From: Thermoanaerobaculia bacterium
GTDB taxonomy: Bacteria > Acidobacteriota > Thermoanaerobaculia > Multivoradales > Multivoraceae
Direction: 5' to 3'
Length of the DNA: 64,000 nt
Assembly: GCA_963664405.1 (NCBI GenBank)
Contig: OY761158.1
Span: 4,160,001 to 4,224,000 of the forward strand
Positions within the stretch are counted from its first letter, which is position 1; the number at the start of each line of letters is the position of its first letter. Positions 38,693-48,222 of this stretch are shown here, piece by piece. A model generated the notes under the pieces. The model searched no databases. It was not told the DNA's origin and saw nothing but the letters and a program-made list of their open reading frames with translations. A program made the position numbers and the translations under genes.

Positions 38693-41284
38693 GTGCGAAT
38701 TGGGCAGGGCATTCCTGGTCGCCTCTTGCAGCGCGTTGCTCTCTTCGCTCGCCGCCGATACCGTCGTATCTTCTTGGTTGCCGCCGTCCTGGTAGTGATC
38801 AATATTGCTATCGCCGCAACTCTCGGCTTCGACAGTGACGTTCTGGATCTCCTGCCTCGGAACGAGCCCATCGTCGATACCTTCCGCTCCACTCTGGAGG
38901 ACTTCGGAGGAGTGGACCTGCTTCTGGTACTGGTCGAGGTGCCGGAAGGGCGGGCGGTGGATCCTTATGAGGAGTTTGTCGAGGAGCTCGCCCTCGACCT
39001 CGAAGAGCTGCCTCAGCTCGAGTATGTCGACTACAAGATCGGCGACATCGAGGAGTTGATCCGATCCTATTTCCCCGACGCCTTCCTCTTCCTCGATGAA
39101 GAGGGGCGGCGCCTGTTCGAGGAAAAGCTGAGCGACGAGGCGGTCCGTCAGCGAGTTGCCGAGATCCGGCGGGTCCTGACCACGCCGCAGGCGGTTATCG
39201 CCAAGGCCTTGATTCGGCTCGATCCTCTGGGGCTGGCCGATCTCTTCTTGGACCGACTCTCGAGTACACGAGGAGCTCTGCGGGTGGACCTCAACAGCGG
39301 TTTCTTCCTCTCCTCGGATCGCCGCTTGCTGCTGCTGATGGCGAAGCCCTTGAGGCCCGCCCAGGAGATCGACTTCACCCAGGAGCTCATCGCAGCCGTC
39401 GACGAGCGTGTGGCGAGCACACTCTTGAAGTGGCCGGAGATCTCAGGGCCCGAGCCCCTGCCGACGCCGACGGTCGAGCTGGGCGGCAATTACATGACCG
39501 CGCTCGAGGATGCGGCCTATATCCGCCGTGATGTCGTGGTCAATGTCGTCACCTCGATGCTTGGCGTTCTCCTTCTCTTTCTCTTTGCTTTTCGGCGGCT
39601 CGGCGTTCTGCTCTACGCCTTCATACCCCTCTTCACCGGCCTGGTGCTCGCTTTCGGCTTCACCGGGCTGACGGTGGGCTCGTTGAACGCGGTCAGCGCC
39701 GGAATGGCTGCACTTCTTGTCGGCCTTGGAGTCGACTTCGTGATCGTCTCCTACGGTCGTTACGTCGAAGAGCGCAACCGAGGGAGACGGATCGCTGGTG
39801 CCTTGCGCGTCATGTGCGGCTCCTCCGGGCGCGCCGTCCTGGTGGGAGGTGTGACCAGCGCTGCCACCTTCTTTGCCTTTACCGGCACCGACTTCGTCGG
39901 CTTGCGCCAGATGGGCTGGCTGACCGGCACCGGAATTCTTTTTTGCATGGCCGCGGTCATGCTGCTCCTGCCGTCGATGCTGGCCTGGAGCGAGGACCAC
40001 CACAGCCGCCGGGGTCGCGGTTACCCTCGCCTATACCTTCACGGTTTCGGCAGTGCTCGATTGGTCAAGATCAGCATGCGCTACCCAGGGGTCGTTCTCG
40101 CCATTGGAGTCATCCTGACGGGTGCCTTGGGTTGGTTGGCGCTGCGCCTGCAGTTCGAGGACAGCATTCGCGAGATGAGGCCGCAAGGGACCCGGGCCGC
40201 CGGCATCGAGCAAAAGATGGCGGATCACTTCGGCTCGGGCTTCGACTTCATGATGCTGGTTCTGCGTGCCGAGACTCTCGAGGAAGTGCTGGAGTTGACC
40301 GAGAAGGCTGGAGCTGCGGCGGCCCCTCTCACCGGCACCAACGAGATCTTACGATTCGACAGCATCACCTCGATCCTGCCGACTCGTGGGCGTCAGCAGG
40401 AGACCCTGGACTGGTTGGCTCGGCAGCGGCAGGGCTATCTCGCACCGGGGCGATTGGAGACAGTTTTCGCCGAAGCGGCGACCGCCGAGGGGCTGCGGGC
40501 AGCGGGTTTTGAGGATGGGCTCGCCCTCCTTGCTGAGGCGGCCAGCGTGGTAGCGCCCATCTCTCTCGGTGACTTGTCGAAGGACGACTCCAGTCGGCGA
40601 TTGCTCGAGCGCTACGTGCGAAAGTCGGAGGAGGGCTGGACCAGCATCGTCTATCTCTATCCACCCGCTCGTATCTGGAAGCGCGAGCCTCCGCCGAGTG
40701 CTCGCAAGTTGGCGGAGGATCTAGGGCCGCAGGTGGAGCTGAGCGGAGTCAATGTGGTGAGTGAGTTCATGCGCAAGACAGTGAAGCGGGACGCCCTCAT
40801 CGCCGCCGTCGTCGGCCTGGTGCTGGTGTCCCTGCTGTTGTGGATCGACTTCCGACGGTTGCTCGACACTTTGCTTGCTTTGGGGCCATTGATAGTGGGT
40901 TTGGTGTGGATGCTTGGTGGAATGGTACTGGTCGGCATCCCGATGAACTTCTTCAATATCTTCGTCAGTACCATGATCATCGGCATCGGCGTCGACTACG
41001 GAATCCACATGATGCACCGCTATCGGGAGAATCGGGAGGCCGAGCACGCGGTACTCGAAGCCGGCCTGGTGGAGACCGGCAAGGCGATCGTGCTGGCGGC
41101 GGCATCTACCATGATCGGCTTCGGTTCGATGTCGCTCTCTTCCTACCCAGGGCTTCAGTCGATCGGCTATGTCGCGATCCTGGGAGCCTCCTCTACTGCC
41201 TTGGTCGCCATCACTCTGTTACCCGCTTACCTTTCGATACGACTTCGCCGCTGGGAGAGGGCAGAGGGGTTGCAATCCCGTTAG
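38693..41284 (+). CDS. MMPL/RND family lipid exporter
   Basis: Two TM clusters with GLGVDF and GIGVDY motifs and large periplasmic loops. Confidence 0.88.
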   Translation: MRIGQGIPGRLLQRVALFARRRYRRIFLVAAVLVVINIAIAATLGFDSDVLDLLPRNEPIVDTFRSTLEDFGGVDLLLVLVEVPEGRAVDPYEEFVEELALDLEELPQLEYVDYKIGDIEELIRSYFPDAFLFLDEEGRRLFEEKLSDEAVRQRVAEIRRVLTTPQAVIAKALIRLDPLGLADLFLDRLSSTRGALRVDLNSGFFLSSDRRLLLLMAKPLRPAQEIDFTQELIAAVDERVASTLLKWPEISGPEPLPTPTVELGGNYMTALEDAAYIRRDVVVNVVTSMLGVLLLFLFAFRRLGVLLYAFIPLFTGLVLAFGFTGLTVGSLNAVSAGMAALLVGLGVDFVIVSYGRYVEERNRGRRIAGALRVMCGSSGRAVLVGGVTSAATFFAFTGTDFVGLRQMGWLTGTGILFCMAAVMLLLPSMLAWSEDHHSRRGRGYPRLYLHGFGSARLVKISMRYPGVVLAIGVILTGALGWLALRLQFEDSIREMRPQGTRAAGIEQKMADHFGSGFDFMMLVLRAETLEEVLELTEKAGAAAAPLTGTNEILRFDSITSILPTRGRQQETLDWLARQRQGYLAPGRLETVFAEAATAEGLRAAGFEDGLALLAEAASVVAPISLGDLSKDDSSRRLLERYVRKSEEGWTSIVYLYPPARIWKREPPPSARKLAEDLGPQVELSGVNVVSEFMRKTVKRDALIAAVVGLVLVSLLLWIDFRRLLDTLLALGPLIVGLVWMLGGMVLVGIPMNFFNIFVSTMIIGIGVDYGIHMMHRYRENREAEHAVLEAGLVETGKAIVLAAASTMIGFGSMSLSSYPGLQSIGYVAILGASSTALVAITLLPAYLSIRLRRWERAEGLQSR

Positions 41285-41341
41285 GGACGCCATTCTTGCA
41301 GCGGGCGCATGAAACGCCTCTAAGCCACTGAAGAAAGCGGG

Positions 41342-41449
41342 TCATCGGTTGCCCTCGACCTCTTCGGGCGCTACCGTCGTCTTCTTGGCGATCAGTCTTC
41401 TGTACCAGCGCAGAATCGTCTCGAGCGTAACGATACCCCCGAATTCGTC
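41342..41449 (-). pseudogene. Integrase-core transposase fragment
   Basis: Minus strand reads GGIVTLETILRWYRRLIAKK, resembling the 'IVTP.TIL.WH..LIA.K' region of integrase-core IS transposases. Confidence 0.5.
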
Positions 41450-41463
41450 AACTTGACAGTGCC
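41450..41463 (-). mobile_element. Isolated IS6-family terminal inverted repeat
   Basis: Reverse complement GGCACTGTCAAGTT; matches GGCGCTGGCAAGTT at 42060-42073. Confidence 0.55.
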
Positions 41464-41523
41464 CCCTCGACGCCCCTGAAGCGACTACATCGATGTCCCT
41501 TCATCTAGCCCCCAGAAGAAGTG

Positions 41524-42015
41524 CTATTCAGGGTCGGGTATTGTGTAGAAACCAGACAGTGAAAGAGCGATATTGATATCACTGTCCGTTTCGTTCGAAA
41601 AATACCAGCCATGCACACCGTCAAAAGGCGCGACCAGATAGCCATCTGATGTGTCGCCACGGCCCTGCTTGAAAAACATCACATTCCCAGGCTCTTCAGA
41701 AGCTCTTACCGTGTGACCATGAAACTCTGCAAGAAGAAGTTCAGGATTCGAGATGTCTGTGGATCTCCACTGATAGGACACTGAATGACCTTGTTTCATG
41801 TCCAGCATGTATTCCAGATCCGAATTGGCAGGAACTGTAATTGCAACCTGGTCCGTCTGATAAACAGGACTGGCTTCAAAGTAGACATTATCGGCCAGCG
41901 GTACGTCTATCCACTCGACAGGCGCCGATGCACAAGCGGGAAGAATTAGACAGAAACACAAAGCAACAAAATGAAAGCCGCGAGTTCCGATGCTGGATTC
42001 GAGTGAATTAGTCAA
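41524..42015 (-). CDS. AT-richer putative lipoprotein with His motifs
   Basis: Lipobox-like ILPAC; EFHGH and APFDGVHGWY motifs; base composition differs from flanks. Confidence 0.7.
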   Translation of the reverse strand: MTNSLESSIGTRGFHFVALCFCLILPACASAPVEWIDVPLADNVYFEASPVYQTDQVAITVPANSDLEYMLDMKQGHSVSYQWRSTDISNPELLLAEFHGHTVRASEEPGNVMFFKQGRGDTSDGYLVAPFDGVHGWYFSNETDSDINIALSLSGFYTIPDPE

Positions 42016-42059
42016 AGGTAGTGTCTCCTCTTGTGCAGTCTCGTTGGTTGGCCAGCAGC

Positions 42060-42617
42060 GGCGCTGGCAAGTTGAGGCCGTGGCTGGCAGAGTACGTCGA
42101 TGGCGAACCCACCGCCCAGCTATCGTCTGGATACCGGGTTCCCCCTGAAATCATCAGTGACGCCGTCTGGCGCCATCACCGTTTCGGTCTCAGCTTCCGA
42201 GACCTCGCCGAACGGCATATCACGGTGACGTACGAGGCGATTCGGCCATGCTGTCTGACGATCGGACTCGACTACGCTCGGCGGTTGCGGCGCCGCCGCG
42301 GCCGCATGGGCGACATTTGGTATCTGGACGAGGTCTTCGCGAAGATCCAGGGGCGCCGGCAGTATCTGTGGCGGGCTGTCGATGACGACGGCGATATGAT
42401 CGACATTCTGGTGCAGTCCCGGCGCAATCGGCGAGCGGCCATACGCTTCTTTCGGAAATTGTTGAAAGGACAAGGCCACGAGCCTCGACGACTGATCACA
42501 GACAAGCTGTGCAGCTACTCGGCGGGGCACCACACCGTGATGCCGTCCGTAGTGCACAGTACCCAACAGGACGAGAATAATCGAGCGGAGGTGTCGCATC
42601 AACCGACGTCGGTCTGA
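42060..42617 (+). mobile_element. Degenerate, truncated IS6-family element
   Basis: Left TIR at 42060-42073; PPEIIS, WYLDEVF.KI.G...YLWRAVD..G..IDILVQ.RR, ITDKL.SY, NNRAE.SHQP; N-terminus frameshifted, C-terminus missing. Confidence 0.85.
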
Positions 42618-42711
42618 CCTGTGTGGTCTTCGATCTGATGTCCGTTGCTGCGGTCGAGGAGCGGCGACCGCGAGAGGTTCATGAGCGGCTCGATCTTAGG
42701 GAGGAAGCACG

Positions 42712-42906
42712 CTAGGCGAGGATGTCGTGAATGACGCGACCGTGTACGTCGCTGAGCCGAAAGTCGCGTCCTCCATGCCGGTAGGTCAGAAGCTGGTGAT
42801 CGATTCCCATCAGATGGAGCACGGTCGCCCACAGGTCGTAAACCGTGGTCTCGTTCTCCACCCCGGCAGCTTTTGGGCTGCCGACGGTGCCACCCGAATA
42901 TTTCAA
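42712..42906 (-). pseudogene. DUF1501-like C-terminal fragment
   Basis: DLWATVLHLMGIDHQLLTYRHGGRDFRLSDVHGRVI. Confidence 0.65.
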
Positions 42907-43050
42907 GGAATATGCGAAGGAATCTCGTCTCCATCTAAATCGAAGTATGTCAACAGCTTACCAGTGAAGACGCCGAATTGACGGCGACCCATGTCGCCCC
43001 CAAGGCCGGAACAGGGGAGGTGAGCTCGCTTGACTCGGGCCTTCTAATGT

Positions 43051-43565
43051 GTGGCACCTTGTGAGCGAAGCGGTTCAAGGGGCTCCCTGAACTGGGCGAT
43101 GCTTTGCATTCTCCCCGGTGAGATCGCGGAGGGAAACGGGAAGCGCCAGATCGTTATCGACGAGCGTGCGGACGAGGCTCAACGGACTCCTCTCGAAACC
43201 ATCATCGCGGGCGAGGCATGCGCTGCTCTCAGCAATCATTTCTCCGTTTTCGGCTCCCTATGCTCGGAGTTCTTCGAGACATTGTTTCTGCCGATCGATC
43301 TCGAGGTGGACCTGGAGCTCAGAACCGCGAAGGTCGACATCCTGGCGTTGTGAAGAGTAGCGGCAGACCGATAATCAACAAGTTCAATGGAGAACCCTTC
43401 CACATTGCACTGGTACGGCCGAGCGGTAGCTTCGAGTTTAGCTACGGGGAAATCGGACGAGGCACGACCTCGGTGACCGGTGAGCTGGAAATGGCGTTCG
43501 AACATTCATGGGCGCTATTCTGCGTTCACCACTACAACCAGGATGGCTTGGTCCGGGCTGGTTGA
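43051..43565 (+). pseudogene. DUF1326-like protein, 5'-truncated and frameshifted
   Basis: PGEIAEGNG...IDERADEAQR..LE.I; the C-terminal part continues in another frame near 43345. Confidence 0.6.
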
Positions 43566-43590
43566 GATGATTGGCTCCTCGGCTTCAAAA

Positions 43591-43632
43591 TAATCTCAAG
43601 AGCGAAGGTGCTAATCCTAAGAGCGAAGGTGC
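43591..43632. repeat. 21-bp tandem duplication
   Basis: TAATCTCAAGAGCGAAGGTGC followed by TAATCCTAAGAGCGAAGGTGC. Confidence 0.7.
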
Positions 43633-44906
43633 AGCTGTGGCCGCGGGCAGAAGAAGATGGCCGTGGCGCCGGCGAAAGCCATGAGCATGAGGACCGTAAT
43701 GGCGCCGACGTAGGAGCCGCTCTTGTCGGCTGAGGCGCCTGCCCAGGTCGGTGCGATCCAGCCGGCGACACCGGTGATGGCGATCCGCAGACCGCCCGTG
43801 CCTACGAACGCGTTGCGGCCGAAGAAATCTGCGAACACGATGGGCTCGCTGACGAAGGCAAGGCCGTAGCCTACGCCGAGCATCAAAACGCAGGGGTAGG
43901 CGTATAGCGCGCTCGTCGCGAAGAGGAGTCCGAGCAGGCCCAGTCCTGAGATCGTGAGTGCCATCGCGAGCACCCGGGTGGGGCGCATGAAGTCGCCTAG
44001 CGAGGCGCTGAGCCTGCCGACGGCGCTCACACCGACCCTCACGCCGAGAATCGCGGCGGCCGCGGTCGGTGTGAAGCCCAGATCCTCGAAGTGGAGCCGG
44101 CCATGAGCGGTCAGCACGCGCCAGGGAACCGCGTTGGTGAGCCCCGCGAAGGTCGCGACGAGGAAGTGGGGCGTGCGGATCGCCTGCACTACGGTCCACT
44201 GGAGTCGCACGGGCGCGGTGGCCGGCTCTGTCGGGTCGTATCGGTGCGCCTCCTCGCTCGCCAGGCGGCCGTCCCGGCGCTGGCCGATGTCGCCGGGATG
44301 GTTGCGAATGAGCACGAGTGCGATGAGCGCGACGAAGATCGACGATCCCGCGATCAGCCGAAAGGCAATGCGCCAGTCCCAGTGCTCGAGGATGAGGGCG
44401 TCGATCGGTGTCACAGCGGCGCCGAAGACGGCCGCTCCGAGCAGGATGACGGCGGTGGCGCGTGCGCGGTACCGACGAAACCAGTTCACCGGTAGCGCTT
44501 GAAAAGGCAAGAGCGTCGAGAAGCCGAAGCCGATTCCGGCGACGAGGGCATAGCTGAGGTAGAGACCCTCGAGCGAATCCACCAGGCTGACGCACCAGAA
44601 GCCGACTCCGGCGCACAGTGCTCCGGCGGAGATGGTCGCGCGCAGTCCGAATCGCCTGATGGCGATCGCGGCCAGTGGGCTCACCGTGGCCAACGTCAAG
44701 GTAAACGTGCCGAAGATCGAGCCGATCTGCTCCCTGGTCAGCCCGAGCTCGTCCATGAGCTCCGGCGCGAGAAAGCCCCAGCTGTAATAGCCTGGCGCGA
44801 CGCCGAGGCCGTAGGCGACAAAGCCGACACCGACGAGCGTCCAGCCGTAGAACATGGGGCGGTTGGGAGACTCGATAGCGGGCCCCTTAGGAGATGGTCG
44901 CGGCAC
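43617..44906 (-). CDS. MFS transporter (OFA/MCT-like)
   Basis: MFYGW, about 12 TM helices, NWFRRYRARAT. Confidence 0.88.
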   Translation of the reverse strand: MPRPSPKGPAIESPNRPMFYGWTLVGVGFVAYGLGVAPGYYSWGFLAPELMDELGLTREQIGSIFGTFTLTLATVSPLAAIAIRRFGLRATISAGALCAGVGFWCVSLVDSLEGLYLSYALVAGIGFGFSTLLPFQALPVNWFRRYRARATAVILLGAAVFGAAVTPIDALILEHWDWRIAFRLIAGSSIFVALIALVLIRNHPGDIGQRRDGRLASEEAHRYDPTEPATAPVRLQWTVVQAIRTPHFLVATFAGLTNAVPWRVLTAHGRLHFEDLGFTPTAAAAILGVRVGVSAVGRLSASLGDFMRPTRVLAMALTISGLGLLGLLFATSALYAYPCVLMLGVGYGLAFVSEPIVFADFFGRNAFVGTGGLRIAITGVAGWIAPTWAGASADKSGSYVGAITVLMLMAFAGATAIFFCPRPQLHLRS

Positions 44907-44963
44907 GTGACTGTTGCAGCTCGCTACAGCAGCTCACCATCTCGTTGCCCTAAGCCGCATCAA

Positions 44964-46658
44964 CTATGACCGCCCTTTGGTGAACCGGACCTGCGGGTTT
45001 TGCGGATCGCGTGGCGCGACCGCCTTTTCGAACGCCTCGCACACGTCTGTCGAGATGTGCACGACGGAGCGCCAGGCGCCGATGTTGATCGCACCGACCT
45101 GCTTCCCGGTGATCCCGCCACGTCTGCAGGTGTGAGCCAGGATACGCTGGGGGTTGGCGCCGGCCTTCGATCCCCAGGAGACGTCGAAGGGCACGAAGCC
45201 TGCTTCCGCCTTCTGCCGGCGGCCGCCAAAGGAACCCTTCTCCGAGCTGCTGCCCGACTTTCCCTCGTGGCGCCGCGATGGCGTGTCCACCGCCCGGATC
45301 TCCCGCGGCTCGACGGCAGTGCCGGCACCGAGCTCGTGTAGCAGCTCCGCGACGAGAGCCTCCGGCGGGCGCCGCTCGAGCAGGCGCGCGGCGATCCGCT
45401 GATACTCCTCCGGAGCGCTCGAGCTCGCCGGATCGCCTTCGGCTTCCTGGTCGAAGGCGCCGTACTTGCGTATGAGCCGTTTGCGGCCCGCCTTGCGGAT
45501 TTTCGCCGGGGTTGGAGGCGACTGCCACTGGGCGTCAGCCTCGACGATGCGAAAGAGCTCCTCGATGCGGCGCCGCATATGCGGTGGCACGAGAAGGATG
45601 CTCTCGCCCTTCTCGCCCGCGCGACCGGTTCTGCCGCTACGGTGGGTGAACGCCTCGCGACTTTCCGGCAGGTCGTAGTGCACGATCTTCTGAACTCCCC
45701 GAATGTCGAGGCCGCGCGCCGCCACATCTGTGGCCACGACGCATTGGAGCTTGCGCGCTCGGAAGTCGGCCAGGCAGCGGGTGCGCTCGCGTTGTGCCAT
45801 CTCGCCGCTCAGGGGGCCCGCCGACAATCCAAGACTGGCGAGCTCGCCCGCGACCCCGGCGGCGGCCACTCGGGTGCGGACGAAGACCAGGAAGCGATGG
45901 TCGGGTTGAAGAAGCATCAGGTTGATCAGCATGTCCGTGCGCTGGTTGGCCGCCACGACGATGGCGGAATGGCTGATGTCCTGGTGTTGGGTGGTGACGG
46001 TGCCCTCGACCACCACGGCGTCTCTCTGGTAGCGATCGGCGAGAGCCCTGACTTTCGGCGGGAAAGTGGCCGAGACCAGATGCGTCCGGTGCCGATCCGA
46101 AGTGCGCTCGAGGATGCTCTCGAGCTCCTCGCGGAAGCCCATGTCGAGCATCTCGTCGGCTTCGTCGAGCACCACCTCGGAAGCCTCGGAGAGGTCCAGG
46201 GATCGTCGGTTCAGGTGATCGACCAGTCTGCCGGGGGTCCCGATGACGATCGCCGGACCCTCACTCAACGCTCGCAGGTCGCCAGTGATCGCTGTGCCTC
46301 CGGTCACCACGGTGAGCCCTAGATGGCGCCGCCCGTAGAGCCACGAGAGCTCCAGGCCGAGCTGGGCGGCGAGCTCGCGGGTCGGTACCACGATCACAAC
46401 GCGGGGCCTGGCCGTACGCTTCGATCCCACGCTCGCGGCATCGACGGCAGCGCCCTCGGCTTGGTCGGCGAAGGCGGTGGCGACGACGAAGCCCACAGCG
46501 ACGGTCTTGCCGGAGCCGGTCTGCGAGGAGATCCGCAGATCCCTGTTCGCGAGCTCAGGCGCAAGAACCGCACGCTGCACCTCCGTGAGCTCGGAGAACC
46601 CCCGCGCCCGCAGCGCGTTGGCGAAGTCGGGCAGAGCGCCGAGCTCCTCGAAATCCAC
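44964..46658 (-). CDS. DEAD-box RNA helicase with DbpA-type RNA-binding C-terminus
   Basis: QTGSGKT, PTRELA, TPGR, DEAD, SAT, ARGLD, HRSGRTGRAG. Confidence 0.92.
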   Translation of the reverse strand: MDFEELGALPDFANALRARGFSELTEVQRAVLAPELANRDLRISSQTGSGKTVAVGFVVATAFADQAEGAAVDAASVGSKRTARPRVVIVVPTRELAAQLGLELSWLYGRRHLGLTVVTGGTAITGDLRALSEGPAIVIGTPGRLVDHLNRRSLDLSEASEVVLDEADEMLDMGFREELESILERTSDRHRTHLVSATFPPKVRALADRYQRDAVVVEGTVTTQHQDISHSAIVVAANQRTDMLINLMLLQPDHRFLVFVRTRVAAAGVAGELASLGLSAGPLSGEMAQRERTRCLADFRARKLQCVVATDVAARGLDIRGVQKIVHYDLPESREAFTHRSGRTGRAGEKGESILLVPPHMRRRIEELFRIVEADAQWQSPPTPAKIRKAGRKRLIRKYGAFDQEAEGDPASSSAPEEYQRIAARLLERRPPEALVAELLHELGAGTAVEPREIRAVDTPSRRHEGKSGSSSEKGSFGGRRQKAEAGFVPFDVSWGSKAGANPQRILAHTCRRGGITGKQVGAINIGAWRSVVHISTDVCEAFEKAVAPRDPQNPQVRFTKGRS

Positions 46659-46911
46659 CGCGCGGCTCGCGGGCGCGGAGCTTTCCTTTTCTTTCTCGGC
46701 GCGAGGCTCGGCCGCTTCATCGCCTTCGTTGGGCGTGATATCGCTCTTGGCCGAAGGGTCGGGCGGGTTTTTGGCCTTGTCTTGATGTGGCGAGAGGATT
46801 CCTCCGTCTGCACTCTAGCGGATGTGAGGAGGGGCCGGGACCTCGGCTCACTCCCATCCGTAGGCCTTTCAACCCGGGCCAAGCTAGCGACAGCCGAAGG
46901 CTGCCTGGGGC

Positions 46912-48141
46912 TCAACTTCGTAGTGCCTCGATCCTATTCATCAGAGGCGGATGCGAGTAGTGCAGCTTCACGTAGAAGGGATGCGGAGTGAGGTTCTGAA
47001 GGCTCTCGGCCGCGAGCTGCTTGAGCGACGCGACGAGTCGCTCACCGGTTCCGGTGGTCTCGCGCGCGTATGCGTCCGCTTCGAACTCGTTCTGACGTGA
47101 GAACGCTTGGACAAAGAACGAGAGCACCAGATCGATCGGCGAGAAGAGCATCCCGAAGAAGATCAGGCCGGCGTAATTGGACATCTCGTCCATGTAGAAC
47201 GCGTCGAACAGTCCGCGCTCTGTGAGGAACAGCGAGAGCAGGAAGAAGACCAGCCCCGATTGAACGATACCAATGATCAGGCGCTTGCGAATGTGCCCGC
47301 GTTTGTAGTGCCCGATCTCGTGCGCAACGATCGCGACGAGCTCGTCGGTAGATTGCTTCTCCGTCAACGTGTCGAACAACGCGACGCGCTTGTGCTTGCC
47401 GAAACCGGTGAAGAACGCGTTGGCCTTCGTCGAACGACGAGAGCCGTCGATCACGAACAATCCTTCGAGTGGAAAGCCGACCTTCTGCGCGTAGCCCATC
47501 ACGGCTTGGCGCAGCTCGCCTTCTTCAAGCGGCGTGAACTTGTTGAAGAGCGGCATGATCCACGTCGGTGCAATGAACTGGATCAGGAGCGCGAACGCAG
47601 AGACGAGAGCCCAGCACCAGATCCACGCGACCGATCCCGCAGCCTCGAAGAACCACAGGATTCCCGCCAGCAGCGGCCCGCCGAGGAGCACGGCCAGAGC
47701 GATGCTCTTCAGCACGTCGAGCCAGAACGTTTTCAGCGTCGTCTTGTTGAAGCCGAATCGCTCTTCGATGACGAAGGTGCCGTACCAGCTGAACGGGAGT
47801 CCGAGCGCGAGCTTCGCTCCCACCAAGAGGCCCATGTACACCAGACCGGTCAGGATCGGCCCATAGTCGAACCCACGCACGAGCTCGTCGAGCCACTGAA
47901 AGCCGCCGCCGTACCAGAACGCCAAGAGCACGGCGAGATCGAATGTCGTCGGGATCATCCCGAAGCGCGTGTTCACGCGCGTGTACTCCTGCGAGCGGCG
48001 ATAGCGCTCGGTGTCGTAAACGTCCCGGAACTCGTCCGGGAGCTCGGGCGCGAGGGCTCTGAGGTTGAGCAAGTCGGCGGCTAGATGCAGCGAGTACTCG
48101 ACGACGAGCGCGATCTGGATGACAACGGCGTAGACGTTCAC
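46912..48141 (-). CDS. M48 (Ste24-like) membrane metallopeptidase
   Basis: IEERFGFNKTT, NAFFTG, AHEIGH, EFEAD, YSHPP. Confidence 0.92.
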   Translation of the reverse strand: MNVYAVVIQIALVVEYSLHLAADLLNLRALAPELPDEFRDVYDTERYRRSQEYTRVNTRFGMIPTTFDLAVLLAFWYGGGFQWLDELVRGFDYGPILTGLVYMGLLVGAKLALGLPFSWYGTFVIEERFGFNKTTLKTFWLDVLKSIALAVLLGGPLLAGILWFFEAAGSVAWIWCWALVSAFALLIQFIAPTWIMPLFNKFTPLEEGELRQAVMGYAQKVGFPLEGLFVIDGSRRSTKANAFFTGFGKHKRVALFDTLTEKQSTDELVAIVAHEIGHYKRGHIRKRLIIGIVQSGLVFFLLSLFLTERGLFDAFYMDEMSNYAGLIFFGMLFSPIDLVLSFFVQAFSRQNEFEADAYARETTGTGERLVASLKQLAAESLQNLTPHPFYVKLHYSHPPLMNRIEALRS

Positions 48142-48222
48142 GCGCGGAGTCTAACGCTATCCCGCGTCGGGTGGACCGCCGCTGCGAGCTGCGCATGACG
48201 AGGTGCCATCACCGAGTCGTCC

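Noticed and set aside
41285-41341. tRNA or att site at the core/accessory boundary
   Set aside because: No tRNA cloverleaf or matching direct repeat was found.
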